A stretch of 64,000 nucleotides of DNA. Origin: Cyanidioschyzon merolae (taxonomy: Eukaryota). The position numbers and the translations under genes are program-made. This document shows, one piece after another, positions 42,702 through 54,153 of the stretch (position 1 is its first letter; each line of letters begins with the position of its first letter). The notes beneath the pieces are model-generated. The model saw nothing but the letters and a program-made list of their open reading frames with translations, ran no database searches and had not been told where the DNA came from. The stretch lies in assembly GCA_000091205.1 (NCBI GenBank), contig AP006502.2. One strand, written 5' to 3'.

Positions 42702-44128
42702 TTTGGTCAGCGACCCTGCATGAGAGTCACACTGCTGCGAAGGGTGTTCTTTTTTGGACGAATATTTCCTCTGTTCTGTGGGTTCGGATGCGACGAGCGA
42801 GCTAATCAAGCACGCGATCGACGTACCGCATGCGAACAAAATGAACTGTTTCTTCATCGGGATGTAGTATACCGGAGAGCGCAAGTTTCTGTATTGGTGG
42901 TATCCTTCATACCGATGAGAGCATCGCCACCAGGGCGCCATTTGGGGCATCTGGATGATGCAAGGCTTCCAGGGTCGTTCCGAATTGCACGTGACTTTCC
43001 CATGGACTTGATGTCCGGAGCACGGTTTTAGCGCAATGTCCTGCACACGCTGGCAGCTGAGCTTCAACGTATCGATCCGGTATTGCAAGCAGGCCCAGTC
43101 GCAGAAAGCACGCCAAGGCTGGAACCGCTGCGCATGGAGCTATTCGCACCCTCTAACCGCTTCCCTCCAGGTATGATGCAGCCATTGGTACGAGGTCTTT
43201 CCAGGAACATTTCGCAGAAAGGCCCGGTCAACCGCATCACACGTGCCGGCCGCTCAGACGCGCGCGGGTACCTTCGCAGGCAATTTTGTCCCAGTTTGCA
43301 AGTCGCCAGCACAAGTGACCCCAAAGACAGCAGCTTCCCTATACTCGCTGTCACAGTGGCTTCTCCATGGTAAAACCCGTGGTTTGGCACGCAAGTTCCT
43401 CGGTAGCAGAGCATCTCAGTCTTTGAAAGCGGGTCTATCGCCGCGTTTGCAGTACGATCGCAACCACAAGAGCATCCAACGCAACACGCAAAAATCAGAA
43501 CGCTCGAAGCGATCCCACAACTCGAGCACGCACCTGCAGCTGCACCATGCCGAATCTGGACAGTGCTCGCATACCTGCACGCACAGAGCTGATACTGCAA
43601 TCCCGCCTTAAATTGACCCTATCTAACCGTTCGAGCTGAACCGAGTATGAGCTGTCCATAGGGAGCACGCATGCCGACACGTGTACGTCCTGGGCAGCAG
43701 CACAGATTTTTTCATTGACAAAACATTTACTTTGGCCAGCGTTCTCCGATTATGCGCATTTTTCTTTTATTTCTTCATGTTTTTTTTTCAGTGCGCGGTG
43801 AAGTATCCATCAAACACCCTGCCTCCAAGTTATATGACCCATACTTCTTCTCGGATATTCTGGTCGTTTCATACGTCCTATCGTGTGTGCCTAGTGCCTG
43901 CCGAAGGCGACAGAACGGCTTTTCTGTACCACACAGAGGGCGTCGGCTCAAGGGGCAGCACCGATGCATGCGCGCCCGGCGCGCGCGGCTCGACGAGCAC
44001 CGCCGAATCGCTCGGATGCCGTCTCCTGGACGCTTTCGCGGCAGGGCGACGCGTGTCAAGTGCGCAGCGTTCTGTGCGCGCGTTGCGACAAGCGCTTCAA
44101 GCGCTGATCAGAGAGCTCGCTTAGAAGC

Positions 44129-45850
44129 ATGTCGACGCTTGTGCTGGATGGACAACGGACTTCTGGACGGGACGTTCGCACACAGAATGTAAACGCTTGC
44201 CAGGCAGTGGCGAACGTTATAAAATCGTCGCTGGGCCCAGTCGGCCTCGATAAGATGCTCGTCAGCGAGATCGGTGACGTTACGGTGACGAATGACGGCG
44301 CAACGATTTTGAGCCTACTTGAAGTGAAGCATCCTGCTGCAAAGGTACTTGTCGATCTCGCCAAGCAGCAAGATGAGGAGGTTGGTGACGGAACGACGAC
44401 TGTCGTCGTGCTTGCTGCAGAGCTTCTGAAGCGAGGTAACGAACTCGTGAAAGCGGGTGTGCACCCGACTTCAATCATAGCCGGATACAAGCTCGCTGTG
44501 CGTGAAGCTTGCCGGTACATACGTGATCGGCTCGCTGTCCCGGTAGATCGTCTCGGAAGAGAGTGTCTTGTGAACGCTGCGAAGACCTCGCTCCAGAGCA
44601 AGGTACTCGGCGGCGAGGTCATTGAGCACTTTGCTGGACTGGCAGTCGATGCCGTCATGGCGGTGAAAACCCGACGCGACGACGGCGCGAACGCACATCG
44701 CTACCCGATCCAGTCCATCAATATTTTGAAGAGCCACGGGCGCGGTGTTCGCGAGTCGACGCTACTCGGTGGGTACGGATTGAATCTGACGAGAGCCTCG
44801 CGCCTCATGCCGGAGCGCGTCACCAACGCCCGCATTGCATGTCTTGATGTTGATTTGCGTCGCGCAAAGCTACAAATGGGAATTCAGATTCAGAGCGTGG
44901 ATCCGGCGGAGATCGAGAAGATGCAGCAGAAAGAGCTGGACATTACACGGGATCGCATCAACATGATACTGAAAGCGGGCGCGAACGTGATTTTGACCAC
45001 CAAAGGCATTGATGACGCTGCCCTGAAATATATCAGCGATGCGGGTGCGCTTGCCATTCGACGAGTCGCGCCTGCAGATTTGAAGCGCATTGCAAAGTGC
45101 ACGGGTGCAACGATCCAAACCGCCTTTGCGGATCTGACTGGCGAGGAGAGCTTCGACACCTCAGCACTGGGCCAAGCACAGGAAGTTGTCGAGGAAGTAG
45201 TCGCGGATTCGGCCTTCACCTTCATCCGCGGCTGCCGCGACTTCAAAGCCGCAACCATACTCCTTCGAGGACCAAATGAGTTTATGTTGGATGAAATGGA
45301 GCGATCCATACATGATGCGCTCTCAGCGGTTAGGCGAACGCTCGAATCGAACATGGTTGTTGCGGGCGGTGGTGCGACGGAAGCAGCGGTTTCCACTTTC
45401 CTCGAGAGTTTTGCTGCTGCGCTAGGATCGAAAGAACAGTTAGCCGTCGCTGAATTTTCCGATGCGCTCCTGGTGATTCCCAAGACGCTGGCGGTCAACG
45501 CAGCACTGGATGCGACAGACCTGGTCGCCAAGCTCCGAGCGGCACACTTTGCCGCTTTCGCCAGCAACGAAGGCACGCCTGCCATCAACGATACTGCGTC
45601 ACGAGATAACGCTCCAGTAGCAAATGGTGTCCCTAGCACCGACGCCATTCAGCGGAACGAGCTCAAGTTCTGCGGACTCGACCTCATCAAAGGCCGTGTA
45701 CGCAACAGCTTTACCGCAGGTGTACTCGAGCCTGCCATGAGCAAAATCAAGTCCCTGCAGTTCGCAACGGAGGCAGCCATCACGATTCTGCGCATTGATG
45801 ATTCCATCAAGATCACCGAAGCCACAGAACCCGAAGAGCCTTCCTACTGA
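44129..45850 (+). CDS. CCT1: T-complex protein 1 subunit alpha (CCT1/TCP-1 alpha)
   Basis: The 573-aa product is collinear with TCP1 over nearly its whole length: NVNACQAVANVIKSSLGPVGLDKMLV..GDVTVTNDGATILSLLEVKHPAAKVLVDLA..QDEEVGDGTTTVVVLAAELL ... ATEAAITILRIDDSIK. Confidence 0.95.
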   Translation: MSTLVLDGQRTSGRDVRTQNVNACQAVANVIKSSLGPVGLDKMLVSEIGDVTVTNDGATILSLLEVKHPAAKVLVDLAKQQDEEVGDGTTTVVVLAAELLKRGNELVKAGVHPTSIIAGYKLAVREACRYIRDRLAVPVDRLGRECLVNAAKTSLQSKVLGGEVIEHFAGLAVDAVMAVKTRRDDGANAHRYPIQSINILKSHGRGVRESTLLGGYGLNLTRASRLMPERVTNARIACLDVDLRRAKLQMGIQIQSVDPAEIEKMQQKELDITRDRINMILKAGANVILTTKGIDDAALKYISDAGALAIRRVAPADLKRIAKCTGATIQTAFADLTGEESFDTSALGQAQEVVEEVVADSAFTFIRGCRDFKAATILLRGPNEFMLDEMERSIHDALSAVRRTLESNMVVAGGGATEAAVSTFLESFAAALGSKEQLAVAEFSDALLVIPKTLAVNAALDATDLVAKLRAAHFAAFASNEGTPAINDTASRDNAPVANGVPSTDAIQRNELKFCGLDLIKGRVRNSFTAGVLEPAMSKIKSLQFATEAAITILRIDDSIKITEATEPEEPSY

Positions 45851-46969
45851 GCAGCGCTCTGAGGCATGCGTGCATGGCGTCCTCGGGAAACGAGCATAAT
45901 TCGTGACGCGTCACGTCCTAGGAATGTACTTGGTACCCGCTATCCACGGGCTTTACGTTTGACGCCTCAATGGAGTATGGACACGTGCTTTCGAACCTGG
46001 TTGTGAAGCAAGATGCAACATGAAAATTGTTGCCAGGCGCACCGAGTACATGTCTGCATAAAAGGAGCACTCGAGATGCCACACGCATCCATGCCATTGG
46101 ATTTCAAACGACAAAGTGTGGTATATGGGTGCAGGACTCGAACCATCAGCGACTCCCCCGCAGTGACCGTAAAACATCTCGCATTTGTACCATTCAAAAC
46201 GGCGATGGTTTTGCGAATGGATGCAGACATGCGTATGGTGAGCGTTGACATGCCTATGGCGCGACGCCAAGCCGCCGATATCTCCCCGCTGATCGACTCA
46301 TGGCGGTCTGTAGTGAACACATACCCATCGCCTATCATGATGCAGGTTGTGTCTTGGTGAATCTCCAAGCACTTGATCCAATTCGCTTCGAGTAGCGACG
46401 CACGCCGCACCGCATGGCGACCATATATGCCCAGTGACGCCGCCTTTGCCGCCGGACTCGCCGGCATCGTCTCGCTGGTTGCATATCGCTGGTCTTAGCG
46501 CGAACAATAATGATGGTAGTGATAAGTGCGGAACGTGCTTCTGCCCAATTGCGCTCTACATAATCGAAGCTTAAACTTCTTGAGGGCTTCAGGCGATCCG
46601 GATCCAAGCTCGAATGATACAGGCTCTAGCCATGAACACGCGGTTTCGCGCGGGCGAGATCATCGTTCTCTGAGCAGCTTGCTTCGCCCACTGAGGAACC
46701 TGCAACATGGATAACTGTTGGTATCATTTCAATCGAGTAGTACGGAGTTAGCGTGAGGCTTCTGTTCGTGACCCGCACATTGGAGGCGTTTGTTCCAAGC
46801 GAACGCACCGTTCCCAGATGAGAACCTATTCTGGGCACCCGCGCGTGTAGAGCTCGGCCCTGGGTCTTCACCAGCGAGCATACCCACGTACTATGGAGCG
46901 TACGCGGTGGCGGTGGGCGTCCACGCAACCCGAGTGGCGCGTGAACGCATCATTCCGTGCCATCGGCTT

Positions 46970-47293
46970 CTAAAAGTCGCTGACTCGACCGTTTTTCGCC
47001 CAGTCACCGTAGCGCGTAGGTTCGTAGCCCCTAGGCCCACCGTACTCGGGACCTGCTTGGGCTTCAGGGTTACAAAGGTCTACCAATTCCTCTGCCTCTG
47101 GCAGAGTTTCGGTCGAGTCAGGCTGCTCATCTTCGGGCGCCGGCGGTCGAGGCGGCCGGAACACCTGCGACCCTAGCGGTGGCGGTTGCTTCGGAGGTCG
47201 CAGTGTGCCCTGGTCCAAGTGGATTCGACGTAAGTTATGAAGGATGCGTGACGTCTGCTGTGTAGCCTTTCGAAAGCAAGGTACGTTCCGCAT
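46970..47293 (-). CDS. SDHAF4: Succinate dehydrogenase assembly factor 4 (SDHAF4/DUF1674)
   Basis: The C-terminus EAQAGPEYGGPRGYEPTRYGDWAKNGRVSDF matches the SDHAF4 signature GPEPTRYGDWExKGRxxDF. The start is set at the Met of the MRNVPCFRK... presequence. The longest ORF extends to 47518. Confidence 0.6.
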   Translation of the reverse strand: MRNVPCFRKATQQTSRILHNLRRIHLDQGTLRPPKQPPPLGSQVFRPPRPPAPEDEQPDSTETLPEAEELVDLCNPEAQAGPEYGGPRGYEPTRYGDWAKNGRVSDF

Positions 47294-47616
47294 GAACGAG
47301 ACCGTTTTCTCGACCACTGTGAGATGAGCGCCTCTCCTGGGATCCGAATTGTCGATCACATCATGATGCTGCGCGTGCCGTGTTCTCGCGGAGGCGTCCG
47401 GGCGTGATCTTGATGCGCACGCATGCGTGCGGCAGCAACAGGTACAACATATATGATGATAAGTCAATATTGTATCATATGGATTCGCCCATATCGCAAA
47501 ATGTACAATACACGACATTATTATATATTCTTGTAGCTTGTGTCACAGCGCCTCGGTCTCATCGAGCAACCGATCGTTGCAGGCCCGTGAGTCAAGCGCA
47601 CTCGTTTGGCGCTTCT

Positions 47617-49002
47617 ATGAGGCGTCTGCTGCGTGGTCCGCTGGTGGCGGAGCTTGCCTCGCAAGTCTCCAAACTAGGATCCCGCAACCAACACACATGT
47701 AAGCAGTTTCAACAAGTACGTTTCCTCAACATTCACGAATATCAGTCGCAAGCGCTACTGCGTTCCTATGGCGTGCCAGTACCGGCAGGCGAAATGGCAG
47801 CCTCGGTATCGGAGACCGTTGCGGCGGCTCGGCGTCTGCTTCAAAGCCCGCGAGACGACGTTGTGCTCAAGGCGCAAGTTTTGGCTGGAGGTCGAGGTCT
47901 TGGCGTGTTTCAACCGTCTGGATTTCGAGGCGGAGTGCACATCGCAAGTACCGTGGACGAGGTGCAGCAGTTGGCAGGCAAGATGCTCGGCCAGCAGCTG
48001 GTTACGAAGCAGACGGGCGCCAAGGGTCGACCCTGCCAGAAACTACTCGTGGCGAAGCGTGTTTACGCCCGACGCGAAATGTACCTCGCGCTTCTCTACG
48101 ATCGGAAAGTACAGGGGCCGCTGGCGATCGCGAGTCGCCGCGGTGGAACTTCCATAGAGGACATCGCCCGAGACACCCCGGAGAGCATCCAAAGCATACC
48201 GCTTCCGCTGCCAAAGCGCGGAGAAACCATGGACACCGCAACTGCAGCACGAATAGCTGAGTCACTGGGCCTGTCGCGGCAGCGTTCGGAGCGTCTTCAC
48301 GAGGATGGCGTTGCGCTCATTCAGAATCTGTATCGATTGTTTCTCGAAAAGGACTGCACCATGGTCGAAGTGAACCCGCTGACCGAAACCCCCGACGGCG
48401 AAATTCATTGTGTCGATGCGAAAATCAACTTTGATGACAACGCTGCTTTTCGACAGCGTGACATTTTCGCGCTCCGCGATACAACGCAGGAAGACAGCCG
48501 CGAAGTCGACGCTTCGCGGTTCGGTTTGAACTATATCGGCCTAGATGGGAATATTGGCTGCATGGTCAACGGAGCAGGGCTTGCCATGGCAACCATGGAT
48601 ATTATTAAATTGTACGGAGGAAATCCGGCCAACTTCCTGGACGTTGGCGGTGGCGCCACCGTGGAGCAGGTCGGTGAAGCGTTTCGGATCCTCAATCAAG
48701 ACGCCCATGTCGATTCGATTCTGATCAATATTTTCGGAGGCATCATGCGCTGCGATGTCTTAGCGCAAGGTATTGTGGATGCAGCAAAACGTGCGCAAGT
48801 TCGGGTGCCGCTGATTGTTCGGCTCGAAGGCAACAAGGTTGCGGAAGCCAAAGAAATCATGCGTCAGAGCACTGTCAGAATCATACCTGCAGATAACTTG
48901 GATGAGGCAGCACAGCGGGCCGTGAAAATCGCAGATATCGTTGGACGAGCGCGTGACGCAGGCGTGCAGGTTGAGTTTCGCACACTGTCCTCTGGAGCAT
49001 AG
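47617..49002 (+). CDS. Succinyl-CoA ligase beta subunit, mitochondrial
   Basis: FLNIHEYQSQALLRSYGVPVP...VVLKAQVLAGGRGLGVF...GGVHI ... CMVNGAGLAMATMDIIKLYGGNPANFLDVGGGAT ... INIFGGIMRCDVLAQGIV. ATP-grasp and CoA-ligase domains are present. The start is set at MRRLLRGPL, a mitochondrial presequence. The longest ORF starts at 47380. Confidence 0.85.
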   Translation: MRRLLRGPLVAELASQVSKLGSRNQHTCKQFQQVRFLNIHEYQSQALLRSYGVPVPAGEMAASVSETVAAARRLLQSPRDDVVLKAQVLAGGRGLGVFQPSGFRGGVHIASTVDEVQQLAGKMLGQQLVTKQTGAKGRPCQKLLVAKRVYARREMYLALLYDRKVQGPLAIASRRGGTSIEDIARDTPESIQSIPLPLPKRGETMDTATAARIAESLGLSRQRSERLHEDGVALIQNLYRLFLEKDCTMVEVNPLTETPDGEIHCVDAKINFDDNAAFRQRDIFALRDTTQEDSREVDASRFGLNYIGLDGNIGCMVNGAGLAMATMDIIKLYGGNPANFLDVGGGATVEQVGEAFRILNQDAHVDSILINIFGGIMRCDVLAQGIVDAAKRAQVRVPLIVRLEGNKVAEAKEIMRQSTVRIIPADNLDEAAQRAVKIADIVGRARDAGVQVEFRTLSSGA

Positions 49003-50263
49003 CTGCTTTGATAAAGCAGCAGCGTAAGATGCGACCTCGAATCCATATGTCCAGTGAGCGCAAGACAATACGCAGGATGAACGAATGACATCGGAAAAGA
49101 CTTCAAATACCTCCAGATTTATGAATAGATGCCACATATGAGGTAAGCATGACGCTGCGGACGCCGTCAGAGCGAACGTGTTGTCTCATACGCGTGCAGT
49201 TCCGCGTCAGGCGAAGCACACGGAAGCTCTGTTCGAGAACGTGCGCATCGCTGGGTCACGGAAACCGTGCCTGTATCATTGGGCGCACGAAACGGATCTC
49301 AAGTGTCGTTGGCTGCGTGCTTTGTGCCTGCCCGACTGCACTGCCGTGAAGCTTTGCGCAATGTGTATGAGCAATGGATTGGCCGAGAATCCTGTAGGTG
49401 CGAAAAAGCCATCGCACAACAGTAAAAGAAGTATGGTTCCTCTTCAGACGCTGCTAGGTTCCGTTGGCCGCAAACGAGTCGTCCGCTTGGAAGCCAGGGC
49501 TTCACTCGACATGTTCTCTGGCGCTGAGCCAATCCCAAGCGCTCGCGATGACGCTGCACGTGCTGCCGTTGTGGTCACACGAGAGAAACAGAACAGTCTC
49601 GCCGTGCCGCTTTGGGCGTCAGCTTGACAGTCCGTGCAGGTACCGTGCAGGTCCCCAGCTCTGCTTCAGAGGAATGAAGCGATGCATGATGCATGTCGTC
49701 ATGAAGACCGTTTATCATTTGCACCACCGGTATCTCAGGTAGATGCTTTGCACATCACCACAACCGACGTGACTTGTCCACCGGACGCTCATGAGGTTCA
49801 AAACGCGTACCCTGAAAGTACACGTGAGCGCTTCCCTGAGGCACCGCCGAAGCGCGAGCACGCCCCGCATCCAATCTTGCTTCAGTTGGGACTTGGGCTG
49901 CTTGCACGGCGCTATGCAGGCGCAGCGACGCGCTTGCGAACATCTGCACTCGCTACCCGTGCGGTGCAGGTGCCGTTTGCGACCCCAGTAATCGCCGATC
50001 ACCGCCATGCTACTCATGATGCTCCTGGAACCGACACATCATCATCTTCTTCATCGTGATCATCCTCTTCATCATCACAAGGATGGAGCCGACCGAACCT
50101 GCATCCACCGATGTACACGTCGCCTCCGCCTACCTGATACGATTGCGCTGTCAATATGCCACCTCAAAACGATCGCCGCCCTGCGATAAGCGTACACGCA
50201 TCTGGATCTCCACCGCGAGGGACGCATCGATTCTCCAAGTCCATGCGAGAGCGTCCAGTGCAA

Positions 50264-51814
50264 TCACACTGGAACTTGAAATCTCTCGCAGAGACTTGCA
50301 AAAGTGTGCGCGCGGATAGCGTCCTGAATTTCATCAAAAAAGGCCAAATATTGCTGAATGTTATGGAGAGAGAGCAGCATTGGTCCGAGCATTTCGTTGA
50401 CCTGAAACAGATGGTACCAGTATGCACGCGTATACGTTCTCCCAATGGTGCAACGGCGCGCGCTCGCTGCTGAGCGGCAAGTTTGGAGTATTGGTCGCGC
50501 GTCGTGTGCCCAGCGGGGGTCACGCACACTCGTGTACAGCAGTGGATCAGAGGCTTCGCTGTCCGCCGCTTGAGACTCGTGGAATAGATCGAGTGCGTAG
50601 CAGCATTCCGCCATCACGAAGGGGTAGCGGCTCTCGAGTACATCGACGCCGCTGGAAACGAGTCCCAGAACGATTGCTGGCGATCCGTCGACAAGCCATG
50701 CAGAGCCGCCAGTGCAGAACACCGGAAGATTCTTCGATGTCGCAGAGCGAAGGTGCTGGACCATCTTAAGGCACTGGCGCAGAACATCGAGCATGGGCGC
50801 TCCACCATTGCCCAAGCCAACCAGATTGAAACCAGCAACCCGGTCGCGGTATGCGTTAGCCAGCTCCAGAGCCCAGCGTGAGGTCCCTCTGTCGAACTCC
50901 TCGGATCTGGAGATCGGAACCGAGAGCAGCGCATGCCCCGGCGTATTGCGAATGGCAGCGCAGCGCAGCGTATGCGTTCCCCATTGCTTCGTGCGCTCTG
51001 CAGGCAGCGTGTCCACAGTGCCAATACGTGGGTGCGCATTGGCGCCAGCGTCGAGCGCGTAACCCGTTGCCTCCAAGAGATCCCTTCTGTCTCGATCAGC
51101 TGGATCGCTACTGTCTGGTTGAGGCCAGCTCGACACCTCATACAGTGTCTCGTACAGGTCACAGCGCATGGCCTGCTGCAGGTCCAGGATGCGCTCCGGC
51201 GTTACTGGCATGCGCGAGCCACGCGTGTCCCCGAAGAGGCCTTCAGCGACGATCCTATGCGCCTCGTTTGCAGGCAAGCGCTTCCGAGTCGACCGATTCT
51301 GGAACTGGACAACCTGCGGATGTCCGTCTTTTTCAAGCATGTCGAAGAGTGCAAGCGCTGATCTCATGGAAAGAACAAGCGGGCCAGGAAACGCCTGCCA
51401 ACTGCATAAATGACGTGCGTCTTTTTCAGCATTCAGCTCCAAAAACTTGGCACCGTCAGGTTCTTCGGTGCCTTTGTAGTTCCAAAAGTCCAGTGCGCTG
51501 ACCCCAACGCAAAACGAGCTCTGAGAGTGGTCATCGTATTCCTGGGCGGCCTCGTTTGAGCCTGTCGATACCGGCACGCGTCCGCAAGTGGCGTGAGCGC
51601 CCGCCCCAGCGACCCGCAAGCAGTACCGCTCCAACAGCGTGTTTGCTATGCCCGGCGTCGACCCGCGTACAGTTGGCAGTACCCAAGTGGGTGTCACAAT
51701 AGAGCTGGTTTCTGGGGTGCCTGTCCCATCTGTAGCTGCTCCGGAACTCCTCGAGAGCACGCCTAGACGCGCTCCGGGAGTACTGTTGTCAGCGGAAAGC
51801 ACCTCGAAGTGCAT
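50264..51814 (-). CDS. Queuine tRNA-ribosyltransferase family protein (TGT), possibly QTRT2-like accessory subunit
   Basis: The C-terminus is TRAYWYHLFQVNEMLGPMLLSLHNIQQYLAFFDEIQDAIR and the N-terminus is RLGVLSRSS...TPETSSIVTPTWVLPTVRGSTP. The canonical CxCxxC zinc motif is degenerate here (RRCTIGRTYTRAY). Confidence 0.65.
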   Translation of the reverse strand: MHFEVLSADNSTPGARLGVLSRSSGAATDGTGTPETSSIVTPTWVLPTVRGSTPGIANTLLERYCLRVAGAGAHATCGRVPVSTGSNEAAQEYDDHSQSSFCVGVSALDFWNYKGTEEPDGAKFLELNAEKDARHLCSWQAFPGPLVLSMRSALALFDMLEKDGHPQVVQFQNRSTRKRLPANEAHRIVAEGLFGDTRGSRMPVTPERILDLQQAMRCDLYETLYEVSSWPQPDSSDPADRDRRDLLEATGYALDAGANAHPRIGTVDTLPAERTKQWGTHTLRCAAIRNTPGHALLSVPISRSEEFDRGTSRWALELANAYRDRVAGFNLVGLGNGGAPMLDVLRQCLKMVQHLRSATSKNLPVFCTGGSAWLVDGSPAIVLGLVSSGVDVLESRYPFVMAECCYALDLFHESQAADSEASDPLLYTSVRDPRWAHDARPILQTCRSAASARRCTIGRTYTRAYWYHLFQVNEMLGPMLLSLHNIQQYLAFFDEIQDAIRAHTFASLCERFQVPV

Positions 51815-52504
51815 TCGTGTACAATTTGCTTCCGATCAGCTTCTACCAACGCGTTTTAAGGAACCTCAACAGAAAGTCACTATCCTGGAGAAGTATCGCG
51901 CTAGACACGTCATTTTCCTCGCCAGCACTGACTCTGGAAACTGGGTGAATCTCAGGGGAAAGTATGAGTGCTACAAGCTCAGTTTCCAAGGAGCGCTCAA
52001 CCCGCTCTCAACGCTTCTGCACACTGGCGAGGGGTGCCAGCGCGTCCGCGTCGACGCCGCTTCCAGCTGCTGTCCAGCGGTACTTTGGTGCGCGTTCAGT
52101 GCGGCGCAAGCGACGACCCCAAGTCTCTTTGTGCGACGCGGTCGCTGAAGGAATCCCTGTAGACTGTTTTAGTACCTGCTACTGGAGCAGTGCGAACCAG
52201 TCGCATTTGCGTTGTCGTTAGCGTGATCGCTCGATAGGCTGCCGCTGAAGCGCTCAGTGGACGCTTCGGCTCACGGTTACAGGGCTTCTGCGCACCGCAT
52301 CGCACCGCATCAAATCAGGCACTTGCGTTTCCCAGTTGCCAATTCTCGAACCCGAAACCGGTTGTGCTTGTGTGATCAGTGGTCTGTAGGCACGCACCGT
52401 CTTCTGCGAGTGTCAGTGGCCGCCTCGACAGCTGCTCAAGGTGCGCCAAGCAGTATCCAGCCGAGGCTCCGAGACCCGTACCCAGACTCCTCTATTCCAG
52501 GGAC

Positions 52505-53230
52505 ATGTCGCTCGAGAGCGCCTTTCGTAAAGCGTCGCCCAGAAGGACGCACAGGGAACGCGCGCAGCCAAGGGGCCGTGCGAAGCTGGGGTTGCTCGAG
52601 AAACACCGCGACTATGTAGAACGAGCCCGTGCTTACCACTCGAAGCAGCAACGGCTGAAAGCGCTGCAGCAACGTGCAGAGTTCCGCAACCCTGATGAGT
52701 TCTATTTCAAAATGCTCCGACTACCGAGCAGGGACGGAAGGATCTCGGTACCACATCCGAGCAAGTTCCGTGGCGCGGATGCCACCGAGGATAGACGCAT
52801 GCGCCGCCTCGACGCACAGACACTGCACGCGAAACTTGCACACGAACAGGCGGAGTACGATCGACTCGCAGCGGAGTTTCCACTTGCAGCTGCCGAGGTA
52901 CGCGTTTCTGCCAGCACTCGAAACGCTGCGGGAGCCCGTGCTTCACACACTCGTTTTCATCCAATGACTTGTGTGCCGCTCACAGAGCACGGTGACCGAG
53001 GCCGAGCATTCGGCACAGGTCGTGACCCGTCTGCGGGCGATGCAGCGTTACGCGCACAAGTCGTCGAGGATTTAGGGCGCCGTGCTCAACGCATTGAACG
53101 TTTACGTACACTTACGCACCAAGTGTGGATAGAGTGCCAGATTAGGGGCAAGGGTGCCAAGAAGAAAATTCGCGATTACACTGGAAAACGAGCTGCAGTT
53201 TACCGATGGCAACCCGAGCGGAAACGATGA
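52505..53230 (+). CDS. UTP11: U3 snoRNP protein UTP11
   Basis: RRTHRERAQPRGRAKLGLLEKHRDYVERARAYHSKQQRLKALQQRAEFRNPDEFYFKM matches the UTP11 N-terminus HKERSQP..R..GFLEKKKDY..RA.DYH.KQ..LK.L..KA..KNPDEFYF.M. The start is at the Met at 52505 and the upstream ORF extension is ignored. Confidence 0.75.
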   Translation: MSLESAFRKASPRRTHRERAQPRGRAKLGLLEKHRDYVERARAYHSKQQRLKALQQRAEFRNPDEFYFKMLRLPSRDGRISVPHPSKFRGADATEDRRMRRLDAQTLHAKLAHEQAEYDRLAAEFPLAAAEVRVSASTRNAAGARASHTRFHPMTCVPLTEHGDRGRAFGTGRDPSAGDAALRAQVVEDLGRRAQRIERLRTLTHQVWIECQIRGKGAKKKIRDYTGKRAAVYRWQPERKR

Positions 53231-53508
53231 GAATGCCCAGCAACAGTCTCAAGCCTCCCCAGCCTGTCAAGGTGTCCCTTGAAAACGACGATATGGGGAT
53301 CCACGAACTAGCACGCAGTACGAGCTTCTGCTCACGCAGCAAACAGCCTCTGTCGGTCTAGGCAAACGCAGATATCAGGCAGAAGCACCCATAAAGCTCG
53401 GATTCTACACTAGAAATACGTGGGGTTCCACTTTCCATACGTACGGGCATCAGATGGCGGGCGTTGCGGACGGGCCGCACGAGTGCGGGCAACGCCCTGT
53501 ACGTGTCC

Positions 53509-54153
53509 TCAGCGCCGTTTTCCCACCGGAATCTCTATCTTTGGGGAGCCTATCTCGTTATCTCGTTCGGGCCGTGGTGACTGCGAGCCCACTATGAAAG
53601 TTTCAATCAAATAGGTGAATCCAGCAAACTGGGCGCACCCCGCGAGCATACCTTGTACGCCCTGCTCCCGGCCGAAGACAGCTCCAGAGGCACAGGCCGC
53701 GATCACCGCATTATACTTATCCTGGCGTTGTCGAACCGTGCGAGAGAGACCAAGACCAAGGCTATAAACACCGCCGAATAACCCCCAGGTCATCAGGAAC
53801 TTCCGGCCTTCCGAGCGTGCTCCCTCTAGTGTTCGCCGCGAGAACGCACCGTAGACGAGCCCCGCTAACCCGCCCATAACACCCGAGGCAACACCCTGCG
53901 TGAACGTCTCCACCGCAACAAAAAGGAGCTTCTCACCGATGGGCAGTGCGTCAAAGTCCACGACGGGCGCCGCAGTGGCGGAACTCGGCGCCCTCGTTTC
54001 TTCTGTTGTCTTGGTACTCGACGTCCCGCGACGAGCGACGAGTGACTTTTTCCCCCGGTTTCCAATCGCTCTCATATTCGGCGACATTGCAGTAGCACAT
54101 ACGCCTCGGATCGAGCCAAAGTGACGAACATTGCGACTTGGATGTTGCAACAT
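53509..54153 (-). CDS. Tim17/Tim22/Tim23 (or OEP16-like) family preprotein translocase subunit
   Basis: FTQGVASGVMGGLAGLVYGAFS...FLMTWGLFGGVYSLGLGLSRTVRQRQDKYNAVIAACASGAVFG carries the GxxxG-rich four-TM core. The N-terminal hydrophilic extension suggests Tim23-type. The true start may be the internal MSPNMRAIG. Confidence 0.6.
   Translation of the reverse strand: MLQHPSRNVRHFGSIRGVCATAMSPNMRAIGNRGKKSLVARRGTSSTKTTEETRAPSSATAAPVVDFDALPIGEKLLFVAVETFTQGVASGVMGGLAGLVYGAFSRRTLEGARSEGRKFLMTWGLFGGVYSLGLGLSRTVRQRQDKYNAVIAACASGAVFGREQGVQGMLAGCAQFAGFTYLIETFIVGSQSPRPERDNEIGSPKIEIPVGKRR

Noticed and set aside
44056-45648. Long antisense ORFs (200 and 252 aa) opposite the CCT1 gene, plus similar ones opposite KRI1, DPE2 and NOP2
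   Set aside because: They have Ala/Ser/Arg-rich compositions typical of spurious open frames on the antisense strand of GC-rich coding DNA. No motifs were found.
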